A stretch of 64,000 nucleotides of DNA from the human T2T-CHM13v2.0 reference genome, Homo sapiens. Below, one piece after another: positions 62,176 through 64,000 of the stretch (position 1 is its first letter; each line of letters opens with the position of its first letter). The stretch is taken from NCBI RefSeq assembly GCF_009914755.1, contig NC_060936.1; one strand, written 5' to 3'. The translations under genes and the position numbers were made by a program. The notes beneath the pieces were generated by a model that had not been told where the DNA came from, did no database searches, and saw only the letters and a program-made list of their open reading frames with translations.

Positions 62176-63897
62176 ATTACCAACACAGCAGAAATATCTC
62201 GATTTCTGCTGTGTTAATAAATTTCTAATTCTATTCTAATATCAGGCAGGGTATTTAGAGAGTTACCTAACAGTTCTTTTCTAGGAATGGCTAAAACAAA
62301 AAGTGATTTTAAAAAATTATTGTCAAAATTTTGATTTTATTCTATTAAGTGACATTGTTACTCGTCCTTTGAAAAACATTACAAAAGTCTGTTTGGTTTC
62401 ATTGTTTTCTGATCAATTATGTAAAAAATGAATATATTAAACAAAATAATAAGCTAGTTCTAGACTTTGCTATGGCTAGTCTCAAATTATACTACCAAAG
62501 GGAGATGGTACAAAAGGCAAAAAAGTGTTTTCATGCATGGAGACAGTCATCTCATTTCTGTCTCAGTGGTCTGCTAGCACTCCCAAGGAAGGAGTTCTTT
62601 GCCTGCATATTTGAAGTGTTTTACTCCCATGCACAGAACCATGGAAGAAGTTGTGCCAAGGATGGAGGGTTGGAAACACATGAAGAGCCTACTGAATCTT
62701 TGAGATTCTGGGAGCAGGAGATATCTTAGGCATAGCATTGATCTCATTATCAATTATCAACTATCAATCTGCCTGCCATTCAGGAGTCATCATATACAAT
62801 TTCTGTGAAGGGCTCCCAAATTGAGTATGAATGTGGACCATATTTTCAAAACTAATGCTGAAAAGACAAGAAAAGAGAGGGGAAGCTATATGTGTGTGTG
62901 TAAAAGATGGAGAGAGGAAATTGAGAGAGAAAGAGAGAGAGAGGAAATTGAGAGAGAATAAATGGTTTAGCCTCTGCTGTTGCTCAGTGTAGCCAAATGG
63001 AGAAACATGGCGGAAATGAACTGCATAAATGTGGTGCCATGACTCTATGATAGCAAGTGACACGTCCTCTTGATCCACTTAAAGCTCAGGTTCTAAGTAA
63101 TCTATTAGTGAGTATAATAGATGCATTCCTATATCTTCATTTCAAGCTAAATATTTGACTCTACTAGTTTATATAAAGTTGAGAAATGATCCTCTCAGCT
63201 ATTTATATATTAAAACTTTGCTCTCATATAATTTTGAAAATAGACATCTAAATTAAAAGTATAATACAAAAGGCTTATAAAACTAAAACAATTTTTTTCT
63301 CCATTTCTGTAGAGAAAAAACATAGATATATACACACACATAAACATACAAACACATATAAATAAGGATATAACCCATATCCTCAAAAACATCATAAACA
63401 TCCATTTTCATGATGATATCTTTCTATCAGCTAACATAATTGCTAGAGAAACAAAACTTAAACATGACTAAAAGAAGTAATTGTCTAAACACACATGGAT
63501 TACAGCATAATTAAAGCAACCTATTCTCACACCTAAGTTTTACACAATATTCCTGGATTACTAATTTTAAAAATATCCTAGCATATGAGATGAAGAATAT
63601 GGTATAAATCATTTCTAATATTAGATGAAAGTATACAATCTAATACTTGATTTTTTTTTTGATTATTTGATTTTGACCAAGAGGACACATGGTGATTCGG
63701 CATCAAGAGCTCTGTATTTAGGCCAGAATGGCAGTATTGCCATGAAGATCAAGTATTATAATGTTATTTAACACCTAGCTTTGTCAACCCTGACCAACTA
63801 TAAAAATAAAAGGTCTGGATTTTAGGAGGGATTTTTTTGCTTTTGAATGTATAAATCTTTAACAAGAGAGCCACTAAAAGTAGAATGAAAGAATCAC

Positions 63898-64000
63898 ACT
63901 ATTAAATTTAGCCTAAAGCTTCCTCCTTACATATTTTAAGTTCAGCCTAAAGGTTTCTCTGTACATCATAAACTGTAACCTAAATGGAGGTGTAAACACA
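63898..64000 (+). mobile_element. 5' part of an ERV1 LTR (MER57-like), runs off the window
   Basis: TTTAGCCTAAAGCTTCCTCCTTACATATTTTAAGTTCAGCCTAAAGGTTTCTCTGTACAT...AACTGTAACCTAAATGGA. Confidence 0.75.

Overview
AT-rich primate genomic DNA (Alu J/S and a low-divergence L1PA3-type insert point to a hominoid, most likely human). I find no recognisable protein-coding exon, functional RNA gene or CRISPR array; most long ORFs in the track are remnants or antisense shadows of L1, Alu, MaLR or simple repeats. The window is dominated by transposable elements. (1) A ~19.8 kb nested stack at 4875-24689 lies wholly inside one split MLT1A-type MaLR LTR. It holds an ERV1 (MER39/MER34-like) provirus, MSTA, a full-length L1PA10-like element, AluS, MLT2A2, THE1D, a THE1C-like provirus and L1PA3, most with readable target-site duplications (TSDs). 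(2) Two 5'-inverted L1 insertions. (3) A second non-autonomous ERV1 provirus (MER66-like, 44728-50767). (4) Many MIR/L2/MER5 fossils and microsatellites. The less routine observations are a composite insertion templated from three nearby sites (5787-6077), a decayed CCA-ended tRNA-Glu copy inside the first provirus, a cluster of DUX4-type motifs, a CpG-retaining unique segment with paired splice signals and a 183-codon open frame (about 26.0-27.7 kb), and a (GGAA)15 microsatellite. No new biological system can be demonstrated from the sequence alone. Subfamily names come from recalled consensus features, not a database search, and should be confirmed with RepeatMasker/Dfam.
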